64,000 bases of DNA, from the NCBI GenBank assembly GCA_028826165.1, contig JAPDFW010000144.1, positions 1 through 64,000 of the forward strand, read 5' to 3'. A program made the position numbers and the translations under genes. This DNA comes from Anaeramoeba ignava BMAN. Its lineage: Eukaryota; Protista; Anaeramoebae. Under the pieces are notes generated by a model. It was not told the origin of the DNA. It did not search any database and was given only the letters and a program-made list of their open reading frames with translations. Positions 14,307 to 26,739 of the stretch are shown one piece after another; the first letter of the stretch is position 1; every line of letters begins with the position of its first letter.

Positions 14307-14971
14307 TCACATAAAACTCATATCCTTCAAACCACATTCCCAACAAATTCCAAAAAGACAAAGTAATAAACAACCACAACCAGCAAGTGAAATTATAACT
14401 ATTGATTCACCAAGAGTAACAGAATATAATTTTCCACATTCATCTTTCTAAAAATTAAATTAAATTAAATTAAAAATTAAATAAATATTTTTAAAATAAT
14501 TTTCTTACAACTCCTTCTCTTGTTGCCCAAACTAATCCAATTATTGACCAAACAATTAAGAATAAAGAAATTAATCCATTTAAAAATTCATAATTACATA
14601 AAAATTTCGATTTAATAAAAAAATTGGAAATAAGATTGTAACTCCTAAACAAATATTAAAAACTAAAACCCAAGTCCAAAGTGGTTTTGAACAATCCTAA
14701 ATTTAAAAAAAGCAAAAAATAACAATTTTGTTCATATTATGTTTTTAATCTTATTTTAATCTACTTTATCTTTATCTTTTGAAGCAACTCCAAGTGATGG
14801 TGCAATTATAATAATAATAATGATTGAATTTACAATCCAAATTGGGAGAACTTCACCTTTTTTTTGTTTTTTTAAAAGAAAAGAAGAATTAAATTGAAAA
14901 AAAAATATTATTTAAATTATAAAAATAAATTAATTAATCTAAATTTAAATTTAAAACAAACTTGTTCTCAT
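14307..14971 (-). CDS. Small multi-TM protein (TMEM272-like), tandem copy 3
   Basis: Near-identical to copies 1 and 2. It differs mainly in the C-terminal tail (KDMSFM* versus KDINFA* and KDLTFA*). Confidence 0.65.
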
Positions 14972-15071
14972 TTTATTATTATTAAAAAACAATTAAAAAT
15001 GAAAAAGAAAAAATGAAATCCAAAAAATAAATATTTATTTTTTTCTTTTTTGTTAATTATTTTTTATTCTT

Positions 15072-18038
15072 TTATTTTGAAAAGAAATTATAAAAAACAA
15101 TAATCCAAACACAAAATAAAGAAAAAATACCAAAAATAAGAGAAGATAAACTGAAAACTCTTTTTGAAAATAAGTTTGAATAAGGAGTTGAATCTTTTTG
15201 GAAAATCATTTTGGAAACTTTTTGTGATTTTCTTTCTAATAAGCTTGGGAAAATATAAGCAATAAAGCAACCAAATGAACCATTCATAATGATAATATAA
15301 GGAAGTTTTCTGAGAAATAAAGCACCAATAATTGGAGGAAAAGAAGCTAATAATCGAAACAGAATTTTCTTTTTTTTGGTTCTTTTGGAAATATTGGTGA
15401 TTATTAATGATGAAATATCTTCCTCTTTTGGTTCAATTTGAAGTGAATTTCTTTTTGAAAGTTGAATTAATTCTTCAAAATGTATTCTTTCTTTTTTGAT
15501 TGGATAAAATGCTGAGAACATATTATTTCCAAGAGTTATTGCATGCTAAAATTTGAATTTGAATTTGAATTTGAATTTGAATTTGAATTTGAATTTGAAT
15601 TTGAATTTGAATTTGAATTTGAATTTGAATTTGAATTTGATTTTTAATTTTAAATTAAATTGAATTTGAATTTAAATTAAATTGAATTTATGTATTATAC
15701 TAGTGGAAAAGCTGATAAAACTTCAATAACAGGAAAAATAACAACAAGATAACGAATTGCATATTTTAATTTCGGAGATTCTGCAAATAAATCCAAAGAA
15801 ATCCAATTCAAAGAAATAACTGAAAGAGTTGAATTTCCGAAATACATTGCACACACTATCCCCAAAAGAGTATAAAATGAAAATGTTGTTGCAAATGCGG
15901 AATTGAAAATTTTTCTAAGTTTGCTTTTTGATTTAATGGGTTCTGCAATTATTGTTGTGCTATGATGAATTAATTGTGAAAATATTGCAGCTGTAAAAAC
16001 ATAAGCAATTCCATGAATATCAAAAAGCTTTTTTGTTGCAATAAAAGGTGGTGAATCTGTTTTGTGTTGTGATCCTTTTGTTGTATAAATTGCAATTATT
16101 GTAGTCACAAAGATTAATAATAATGAAAAAAGTCGAAAAATAAAAAGGAGAGTTTGAATTATCACTTGCTCATTTAAATCTCTACAAGAAAGGGGAACAA
16201 CCAGAATTGTAAAAATGAGTAAATAAAGACGGTAATTATCTTGACATCCTTGACTTAAATTTCCATCAATATCACTTCAATAATAAATCAATTTTTTAAA
16301 ATCAAACAAACTTAAATTAGCCTTTTTTTTTCTATTGAAAAAACAAATATTTAATTTGTAAAATATTCAAAACAAACCAATCAACACCATGAGTTAGAAA
16401 TTTCCAAGGTAAAATTTTTGTAAGTGTTGTTGCAAAAACTGACGAATATCTATTAAATTTCATTTATTATTGTAATTAATTTCAATATCCTTTCTTTCTT
16501 TCTTTCTTTTTTTTAATCACATACGACCATAGAGCTCCATATAAATAACAAGTTACAGCTATTGTATAAAATCTTTTCCCTAATTTTCCAAGAAATATTT
16601 TGCATAATTCATTAGTATCAAATTTCCTATTTTTGATGAAAAAGCGATTTGAATGATCCTCTTGAATTTGTTTTTCTGAAATTTGACTTGAAACTTCAAA
16701 TTGAGCCACTTAAATTATATTTATTTATATATTTTTATTTATCAATTTAAGTTCAAAAAATTTTTTTAATTTTTCTTGATTTGATTTTTTGAAATAATTT
16801 GATGTGATACAATATTCAGAAATATCTTTTGACTCGTCTTGATCTTGATTTTTATTTTGATTATTTTCATTTTGATTTTGATTTTGATTTTCATTTTGAT
16901 TTTGATTTTGATTTTGATTTTGATTTTGATTTTGATTTTGATTTTGATTTTGATTTTTATTTTCATTTTGATTTTGATTTTGATTTTGATTTTGATTTTG
17001 ATTTTGATTTTGATTTTGATTTTCATTTTCATTGGAAGTTAAATCTGAAGATAAACTTAAATTTGAATATTCTATCATGAGATTCATTGATTGAAGAGGA
17101 ATTTGAGGATAATCAACATTTGATGTCAGATCTTCATAAAAAGAAATTATTGCTTCTGCTCTTGATTCAACTTCAATTAAATACATCATTGTTATGCTAC
17201 TAAAAATAGCAACAATACACATAAATAAAGAAGAAAGTAAAATACCAGCTGAATTAAAAGCATAAGGAATTTCTAGAATTCCGACTCCTAAAATATAATT
17301 CTAAATTATCAATAAATTATATTTATATTTAGATTTATGTTTAGATTTAGATTTAGATTTAGATTTAGATTTAGATTTATATTTAGATTTAGATTTAGAT
17401 TTAGATTTAGATTTAGATTTATAAATATATTTATATTTATATTTATAATTATATTTATATTTATATTTATATTTATATTTATATTTATATTTATATTTAT
17501 ATTTATATTTATATTTATATTTATATTTATATTTATATTTATATTTATATTTATATTTATATTTATATTTATATTTATATTTATATTTATATTTATATTT
17601 ATATTTATATTTATATTTATATTTATATTTATATTTATATTTATATTTATATTTATATTTATATTTATATTTATATTTATATTTATATTATTTATATTTA
17701 TATTTAGATTTAGATTTAGATTTATATTTATATTATTTATATTTATATTATTTATATTTATATTATTTATATTTATATTTATATTTATATTTAGATTTGA
17801 AAAACAATTTACAATTGTGAAAATATCTTTGAAAATCAAAGTAAAAACAAGAAAATAAAAGAAAATAAAAGAAAATTCTTAATCAAAATTAAAAAGGATC
17901 TTTTTTTTTGTTGTTTTGTTTGTGTTTGTTTTTTAACTCAAAATTTATCATTAAATAAATAAAACAAAACATACATCCAATAATAGAACTAAATTGTCTT
18001 TGTTTTGTTTGTATTTTTTTCTGTTGATAAAAATCAAA

Positions 18039-18070
<32 letters not shown>

Positions 18071-18098
18071 CTAATAAATTAACATTATCTAAATCCAT
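15072..18098 (-). CDS. Amino-acid transporter, Aa_trans/TMEM104-like, 7 exons including a 14-nt microexon
   Basis: Spliced FSSIIG|YIFTI|NYILGVGILEIPYAF, YLYGALWSYSSVFA, FSQLIHHS, SAFPL|HAITLGNN, CFIAYIFP. The product has about 11 hydrophobic segments. Confidence 0.85.
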
Positions 18099-18359
18099 TT
18101 TAAATTGAATTATTTTAATTAAAAAAATGAAAAAAAAAAAGGAAAAATTAAATTAAAAAAAAAATTAAAAAAGAAAAGGAGAAAATTTTTTGATCTTCCC
18201 CTTTTTAAACTAAACCGCCAAATTAAAATTAAAAATAAAAATTAAAATTAAAACAAAATTAAAATTATTTTTTTAAAAACCATTTTTCTTTTAATTTTCA
18301 TCACTTCAATTCGCTTTTTTAAAACTATCAATTTTTACAATTAAAAACAAACAAACCAA

Positions 18360-20838
18360 ATGGAAAAAAAATTAATAATTTTACTAATAACAATAACAGT
18401 AACATTCTTAACGAAAAGTCAAGTTGATCCTGATATAAATTTGAATATAACACAAGTAGTAAGAAGACACGGTTATCCATGTACAAATCACAAAGTAATA
18501 ACTGAAGACGGTTACATTATCCAAATGCAACATATCCCCCATGGCCCGAATAATCCGCTTCGTGAAGGTGAACAACGTCCTGCTGTTTATCTCCAACATG
18601 GTGTTGTAGACTCCTCTTTCACTTGGTTCATGTGCCAACCTTATGAATCTTTGGGTTATATATTGGCTGATGCTGGTTTTGATGTTTGGGCTGGTAATGT
18701 TAGAGGAAATATTTATGGTATGGAACATGTTCATCTGGTATTTATTTTTATTTTTATTTTTATTTATCTTTATTTTAGTTTGTTTTCTTTCAAAACTTCA
18801 ATTTTTATTTAATTTTGTTTTTTTAAATTATTTTATATATTTTTTGGAAACTTTAATTTTTTAATTGGTTTCCAAAATATTTTTTTGGATCCTTTAAAAA
18901 ACAATTTAAAAAATATATATAAATAGATTTAAAAATATTAATTTATAAATAGATTTAATAAATAGATTTAAAAATAGATTTATAAATATATTTAAAAATA
19001 TTAATTTATAAATAGATTTAAAAATAGATTTAAAAATATATTTATAAATAGATTTAAAAATATTAATTTATAAATATTAATTTAAAAATAGATTTAAAAA
19101 TAGATTTATAAATATTAATTTAAAAATAGATTTAAAAATAGATTTAAAAATAGATTTAAAAATAGATTTATAAATAGATTTAAAAATAAATTTAAAAATA
19201 AATTTAAAAATATTAATTTATAAATATTAATTTATAAATATTAATTTAATAAATATATTTAAAAATAGATTTAAAAATAGATTTAAAAATATATATTTAA
19301 AAATATAGATTTAAATATAGATTTAAAAATAGATTTATAAATATTGATTTATAAATAAATTTAAAAAATAGATTTAATAAATATATTTAATAAATATTGA
19401 TTTATAATATTTATTCTAAATATAGATTTAATATATAGATTTAAAAATATTAATTTATAATATTTATTCTAAATATTGATTTTTTTAGTCTCCAGATAGT
19501 GATGCTTTTTGGAATTTTAGTTTTCAAGAAATGATGATTTATGATTTCCCAGCAAACACAGAATATATTTTAAATCAAACTAAACTTTCTCAAATTTCAT
19601 ATGTTGGTCATTCTCAAGGTGGAGGAATGCTTTTAGGTGGTCTTTCACTTCTTCCTGAAATGCAAGATAAATTCTCTTCAATTGTTCTTCTTGCTCCAGC
19701 TTCTTATGAAGGTAAATTAAGTTATTAAAATTCAAAATAAAATTCAATTTAAATTCAAAATCAAATTAAATCAAATTAAATTCAAAATCAAATTCAAATT
19801 TAAATCAAAATTCAAATTTAAATCAAATTAAATTCAAAATCAAATTAAATCAAAAATCAAATCAAAATCAAAATCAAAATCAAAATCAAATTCAAATTCA
19901 AATTCAAATTCAAATCAATTCAATTCAAATTCAAATTAAATCATTTTTTAAATAAAAAGAACATCAATCTTCTATCCTTTTGGAAGTTTTGGCTACTTTG
20001 GATACTGCTGAATTTCTTGAAATGTTTGGATATCAAGATTTTCTTCCACAAACTTGGTGGTTAAAATTAATAGCAGATACAATTTGTGCAGCATGGCCAA
20101 GTATTTGTGAAAATGTGTAAATATTTAAAATTAAATCAAATCAAATATTCAAATCAAATATTCAAATCAAAATTAAATCAAAATATTCAAAAATCAAAAT
20201 TAAATATTCAAATCAAATACTCAAATTAAAAAATCAAAATTAAATCAAAATATTCAAAATTAAAATCAAATATTTAATTAAAATTAAATCAAATTTAAAT
20301 CAAATATTTAAATCAAAATTAAATCAAAATATTCAAAATTTAAATCAAATATTCAAAATTAAAATCAAATATTTAATTAAATTTAAATCAAAATATCCAA
20401 AATAGCCTTTTCTTAATAACTGGAACTGATCCAGGAAATCTAAATCAAACCCGAATGCCTGTTATTATTAATCATACACCAGCAGGAACATCAACCAAAA
20501 ATATGATGCATTGGTCACAACTTGTGTTTACAAATAGATGGCAAATGTTTGATTATGGAAAACAAGGCAATATTGAGATGTATGGAGTAGATCCACCACC
20601 AGAATTTCCTGCTGAACGAATTACACATCCAATCTCATTCTATTTTGGAGGAAAAGATAGTTTGGTTACTCAAGCAAATTGGGAAATGTTATTTGCAAAA
20701 TTATCTCCTGATGTTGATCATGAAGTTACAGTTATTGATAAGTATGAACATATGGATATGCTTTGGGCTTTGGATGCTTATAAAATTTTGAATCCGAATG
20801 TTGTTGCCGATTTAAAGAAAAATCAAAAAACAAATTAA
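18360..20838 (+). CDS. Lysosomal acid lipase/gastric lipase family, 4 exons (18360-18737, 19489-19711, 19960-20116, 20406-20838)
   Basis: Signal peptide, TEDGYII, YLQHG, LADAGFDVWAGNVRGN, GHSQG nucleophile elbow, PAGTSTKNMMHW, GGKD and YEHMD. All splice junctions keep the frame. Confidence 0.95.
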
Positions 20839-21452
20839 TTGAATCAATAATCCAAAAAATCTTTTTTTTTTTTCTTTCAAAATTTAATTGGATTTTTAAT
20901 CAAATAAAAAAAAAGGAATTTCTTTTTTGTTTTTTTGTTTTTATTTTTTGAAAAGAATTGAAACAAAAAAGAAGAAGATTTTTGAATTTGAATTACAAAT
21001 GAAATTGAATAAATTTTGAATAAATTTTAATTTGAATTTAATTTAAATTTTAATTTTAATTTTATAAATGAATTTTAATTTTGATTTTAATTTTTAATTT
21101 TAATTTTAATTTTAATTTTTAATTTAATTTTAATTTTAATTTTAATTTTTAATTTTAATTTTAATTTTAATTTTAATTTTAATATTAATATTAATATTAA
21201 TATTAATTTGAATTTGAATTTTATAAATGAATTTTAATTTGAATTTGAATTTTATAAATGAATTTTAATTAATTTAATATTTTAATTTTAATTTTAATTT
21301 TAATTTTAATTTTAATTTTAAATTTGAATTTGAATTTTAATTTTAATTTTAATTAATTTATTATTTTAAATTCTATTCAATTTCCTTGAGCTCTTTTTGC
21401 TTTTTTTTTTTTGGATTGTATACAAAATCAATATTTATAAAAAAAAAAACAG

Positions 21453-21848
21453 CTAAAATCCTTGAAAATGAAAATAAGTTCTTTGATGAAGAAAGAAACG
21501 ATGAAAAGCCAAATAAGAACCATAAATCAAAAACAAAGGAGAAAAAGAAAAGCAAATAATAGCCCAAAAAGAGTGTTTATCGAAGACATAAAAACCAAAA
21601 AATAAAATAATTGAACCAAGTAAAATTAAAAGTGAATTAAATTTTGAGTCAGTTTTCAAAGCTTTAATTCTCGCTGAGCATGTTTTGCTATTTGCGTTTT
21701 CTTCATCTAGGTTTTCTGTGTGATTTGATTCGTCTCGTTGAGATTCATTTTCTGAATTAACTTCTTCTATTTGTGATGCTAACTCAAATACTTCAATATT
21801 TTCTTCTTCTTTTATATCTTTTTCTTCTTTTGATTGTTCTTTTGACAT
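21453..21848 (-). CDS. Small protein with an acidic N-terminus and two C-terminal TM helices (TMEM134/TMEM230-like?)
   Basis: 131-aa ORF with normal composition and two hydrophobic segments. The family assignment is weak. Confidence 0.6.
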   Translation of the reverse strand: MSKEQSKEEKDIKEEENIEVFELASQIEEVNSENESQRDESNHTENLDEENANSKTCSARIKALKTDSKFNSLLILLGSIILFFGFYVFDKHSFWAIICFSFSPLFLIYGSYLAFHRFFLHQRTYFHFQGF

Positions 21849-22047
21849 TTAAATTGCTATATCTGTGCTCGTTTTTGTGTTGTTTTTCTTTCTGTTGTTA
21901 ATTTTCTTGAATTTTGTTTTTTCTTTTCTTTTCTTTTGTTTGGATAAATTAAAAAAAATATAAATTTAAAAAAAAAAAAGAAAGAAAAAAAATGAAAAAA
22001 AAAATTTAATAAAAAAAAAATTAATTTTGCTTTTTTCCCAATTTAAT

Positions 22048-23068
22048 AAGAAATTTAAATAGATTTAATTTATTATTAAATTAGAAATATTATTTAAAAT
22101 TATTATTTAAATTAAATTATATGTTTAGAATAATAATTTATTGTTTTATATTTTATTATTTTATTGTTTATTTATTTTATCAATTTTTTAAAAAGAAATT
22201 TAAATAGATTTAATTTATTATTAAATTAGAAATAATATTTAAAATTATTATTTAAATTAAATTATATGTTTAAAAATAATAATTTATTGTTTTATATTTT
22301 ATTATTTTATTGTTTATTTATTTTATCAATTTTTTAAAAAGAAATTAAATAGATTTAATTTATTATTAAATTAGAAATAATATTTTAAAAATTATTTAAA
22401 TTAAATTATAGTTTAAAATAATAATTTATTGTTTTATATTTTATTATTTTATTATTTATTTATTTTATTAATTTTTTAAAAATAAAATTAAATAGATTTA
22501 ATTTATTATTAACTTAGAAATATTATTTAAAATTATTATTTAAATTAAATTATATGTTTAAAATAATATTTTATTGTTTTATATTTTATTGTTTTATTGT
22601 TTATTTATTTTATCAATTTTTAAAAAGAAATTTAAATAGATTTAATTTATTATTAAATTAGAAATATTATTTAAAATTATTATTTAAATTAAATTATATG
22701 TTTAAAATAATAATTTATTGTTTTATATTTTATTATTTTATTGTTTATTTATTTTATCAATTTTTTTAAAAATAAATTTAAATAGATTTAGTTTATTATT
22801 AACTTAGAAATAATATTTAAAATTATTATTTAAATTAAATTATATGTTTAAAATAATAATTTATTGTTTTATATTTTATTATTTTATTATTTATTTATTT
22901 TATCAATTTTTTATAAAAGAAATTTAAATAGATTTAATTTATTATTAAATTAGAAATAATATTTAAAATTATTATTTAAATTAAATTATATGTTTAAAAT
23001 AATAATTTATTGTTTTATATTTTATTGTTTTATTGTTTAATTATTTTATTAATTTTTTAAAAAGAAAT
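22048..23068. repeat. Intergenic tandem repeat, ~145 bp unit, about 7 copies
   Basis: AAATAGATTTAATTTATTATTAAATTAGAAAT recurs at ~145 bp spacing. The array abuts the stop codon of the U-box gene. Confidence 0.9.
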
Positions 23069-23878
23069 TTAATCATTTTGTTCAATTATCGTCTCATTCC
23101 TTTTTTTTGCCCAAGGATTTTTTTCCAAAAACTCTTCAATAGCTTGACGAAGACAAATATTTGGATGAAATTGGTCTTTATTAATAGGAATTCTTGTTAT
23201 TGGATCTTGATTACCACCTGAATCTATATAATTGAATATAGCATTTTTTTCATAAGAAACACCACTATTTCCAACAACAGGATCATTCATAATATCCAAC
23301 GAAATCGGACAACAAAAATAGGAAGGGATTTCTGGCCTTTTTGGTTGGATTTTCTCGAAAAAAATTTGGAGTTCTGACATTTTGTCTTGAATATCAAGAA
23401 CATTTTTTGAATTTTGATTTCTCAAACGAATCAATTCATCCAAATATTGAAAAAGATTATTTTTTGTTTTTTCCAAATAGTTTTTTTCCTGATTTTCATT
23501 CTCTTGGAAAAGTAAGAGTTCAACTTCATCGATTTTCCCTTTCAATTCTTGGATCCAAGTCGCTTTTTCCTTTTCTGAAAGACGAAGCGAAGTTTTAAGT
23601 GATTCCAATGCATTTTTATATTGTTTTTTTCCTGATAAAGCTAATCCTCGAAAATAGTGTGCTTTTATTGAAGAATGATTAAATTGCAAAACTGCTTCGC
23701 AATCTGATAAACTTTTATCATATTCTAATATTTTAATTTGTGAAAGTGCTCTATTAAGATATAAAACTTCTCTTAAATTTTGATCGGGATGTGAATTTAA
23801 TCCAAATGTATAAAAATTAATTGCTTGTTCGAATTGATTTGATCTAAAAAATTCATTTCCTTTTTCTTTAAATTCCAT
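23069..23878 (-). CDS. TPR + U-box E3 ubiquitin ligase (CHIP/STUB1-like)
   Basis: Three TPRs (KEKGNEFF..A..Y, YLNRA, IKAHYFRG) and a U-box (IPSYFCCPISLDIMNDPV..SGVSYE..DPITR..PN..LRQAIEEF). Confidence 0.9.
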   Translation of the reverse strand: MEFKEKGNEFFRSNQFEQAINFYTFGLNSHPDQNLREVLYLNRALSQIKILEYDKSLSDCEAVLQFNHSSIKAHYFRGLALSGKKQYKNALESLKTSLRLSEKEKATWIQELKGKIDEVELLLFQENENQEKNYLEKTKNNLFQYLDELIRLRNQNSKNVLDIQDKMSELQIFFEKIQPKRPEIPSYFCCPISLDIMNDPVVGNSGVSYEKNAIFNYIDSGGNQDPITRIPINKDQFHPNICLRQAIEEFLEKNPWAKKRNETIIEQND

Positions 23879-24181
23879 TTTAATTTTAATTTTGATTTTA
23901 AATTTTTATCCGATTTTGAAAAAAAAAATGAAAATTAAATTTTTTGTTTGATTTTTTTTTATTGTGAAATTTTTAATTTGATGAACCAAAAAGAAAAAAA
24001 GAAAAAAAGAAAAAAAGAAAGAAAAAGAGAAAGAAAAAGAGAAAGAAAGAAATTGGAAAATTGGTATAAATTGATTAATAATTTTTGGCTCAATTAAGAT
24101 AATTTGAATTATTTTTTGGAAGATTGATAAACTTTCAAGCAATAATCACGAAATTTAGTCAAATCCATAAAATAATTATTT

Positions 24182-26442
24182 TTAAATTTTTGGATTTTGT
24201 GATAATTTTCCCTTAAGAGATAATAAAGATTGTTGAATTTTATCGAAATCAAAAGAAGGAACATGATAATATTCTGTTTTTAAATGGATTGCTTTTCTGA
24301 TAAAATGATAATAAGGAAGAACAACACTAAGATGATAATTCAATTCAAGTGAACCGAGTCCAGTGGGTATTTTTGGATAAGCAAATAATTCTTGTAACGA
24401 ATTGAGAATTTTTTCTGATTCTCCAAAATCCTTATTATCAATTGCTTTTCGAATATCTTTCTCTAATTTTTCAAATTGTTTGTGTTGATTATCTCCATAA
24501 TAATAAAACTCATTCAAACGTTCAAATGGTGAAACAACTTTGGAAATTTCGCTTAAATTCACCACTTCTATCTTTCCAGTTCTTACACTGATGCTTCCTT
24601 CGTGCAAAGGATTTTCTGTTGTACTAGTTTCTGCTTTCACTTTGAATTTGTATTCAGTATCTGGTACTAAATTTTGAAATGTTAATATTCGAGTTTCTTT
24701 TCCTTGACCTATTTTTTGAATCATTCGTGGTGCTTTTGGTTTAATTTGAGCAGTAATTTTGGGATTACGTCGCCATATCATTTTGGATTCAAATGCCAAT
24801 TTCAAAGTGATTGTTGTTGGATCATCTTTATTTTCCTGATTTTTAAATTATTTTTAAATTTTAATTTTAAATTTAATTTTAATTTTAAATTTAAATTATT
24901 TTTATTCCACAAACTTGAGTAAGTGTAAATTCACAAGATGCGCCTTCATCTATAAAATATATAAAATTTATAAAATTTAAAAAAATAAATATAAATATTT
25001 AAAAAAATAAATATATAAATATAAATATAGTTATGATTTTTGTTGTAGATTATATTTTCACAAACCATCATGAACCTGGGGTGGGAAAAGATGTTTTTTA
25101 TCAGCAGGCTAGAAAATAGTAATAAAGAAATGAATTAATTTTCTTACTAAAAATAAATAACAATAAATTACAATCTATTATGAGTTATTTATTAAGAATT
25201 AACCTTTCATTCTTTTAAAAAAAATTAAAATAAATTTACTTTCTAAGAAATATAAATATTATTTATAAATTTAAAATATTTTGATAAATAAAAAAAATAC
25301 AATTCTGTTTATATTCCATGTATTTTTTTCATCTTTGGTATTAAATATATCGAAAATTTTTTTAGAAATGCTTAATGTTAAATCATTACGAAAAACTACA
25401 TAATCGTAAGGAGTTTTTTGCTAAATTTTTATACAAATAAGAATAAATTAGAAAAATATAATTTTTGGGAAATAATTATTTACTTTCTATTTTAGTAATA
25501 ATAACAATTAAAATTAAAATTCATTTATAAAATTAAAATTCATTTATAAAATTAAAATTAAAATTAATTTACTTCCTAAAATTAAATGTAAAATTAAATG
25601 TAAAATTAAATGTAAAATTAAATGTAAAATTAAATGTAAAATTAAATGTAAAATTAAATGTAAAATTAAAATTAAATTCATTTACATCCTCAGCATTTCT
25701 ATCAGCCCCTTCTTTAATAAGTAATTCAATAATTTCAGGTGATGAATTCATACAAGCAAGATGTAAACAAGTCACTTTCTAGCACATTAAAAAAAACGAT
25801 TACTCTTAATTTAATAACTTAAAAAAAAAAAGAGGAAAAAAAAATTTTACATCCTAAAAAAAAATTAATAAAAAAATTTTTTAATTAAAAAAAGGAAAAA
25901 AAAAATTTACAATTTCATAATTATAATTTGCTTTATAACTTAATAAAAGTTTAACTATTTCTAATCTGGGGTCATTTTCTGGAGTTTTTTGTTGGTCTGT
26001 TTCATTATTTTTATTATTATCATCTTTATCATCTTTATCATCTTCATCATCTTTATCATCTTCATCTTTATTATTATCATTATTATTATCATTATTATTA
26101 TTATTTTCATTTTTTTGAGTATCTTGAACTGGACTAATATCATAATCTGAAATTAATCCAAAATCATCTGGTGTTGCCAAAAGTTCATAAAGAAAAGAAG
26201 TTGCTAATTTTTGCTAAAAAAAGAAAAAGCAAAATTTGTAAAAAAATTTGTAAAAAAATTTGTAAAAAAATTTGTAAAAAAATTTGTAAAAAAATTTGTT
26301 TGTTTTGTTTTTTTTTTTGTTTTATAAAAATATTCACATCCTGTATTCGTTGTTTGTAGTTTTCTATTTCTGACAAATTTTCCCAATTACATTGGATGAT
26401 ATCTTTTCTGAAATTATCAAGTTTTGAATCTTCTCCACTCAT
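24182..26442 (-). CDS. Ankyrin-repeat + FN3-like protein, 12 exons of which five are 3 nt long
   Basis: Exons: 26442-26338, 26213-25911, 25853-25851, 25778-25686, 25575-25573, 25486-25484, 25420-25301, 25242-25240, 25174-25172, 25108-25066, 24949-24915, 24835-24182. Ankyrin motifs are LEIVKLLLSYKAN and TCLHLAC..IIELLIKEGADRNAED..KTP. The FN3 motif is NLVPDTEYKFKVKA. Confidence 0.8.
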
Positions 26443-26739
26443 TAAAAAAAAGAAAAAAATGAAAAAAAAAATGAAAAAAAAAAATAAAAAATAAAAAAGA
26501 AAAGAAAAGAAAAGTGGATCTTTTTTAATTAAAAAAAAAAAAGAGGAAAAAAATTGAAAAAAAGTAAAAAAGAAAAGGTTTGAAGGAAAAAACTGAAAGA
26601 AAAGAAAAGAAAAGAAAAGAAAAGAAAAGAAAAGAAAAGAAGAAAAATAGAAAAAATTTCAGATAAAAAAACCTTCAAACACAAAAACAAAAAGAAAGAA
26701 AGAAAAAAAGAAAGAAAGAAAAAAAAAAATCTTGCATCT

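Noticed and set aside
22048-23068. Nucleosome-phased satellite (145 bp unit; the tRNA-array unit is ~320 bp)
   Set aside because: The length coincidence is the only support, and other arrays here have unrelated unit sizes.
25204-25211. Additional 8-nt microexon AAG-AATGAAAG-GTTA
   Set aside because: It would need 28- and 29-nt introns and would break the reading frame.
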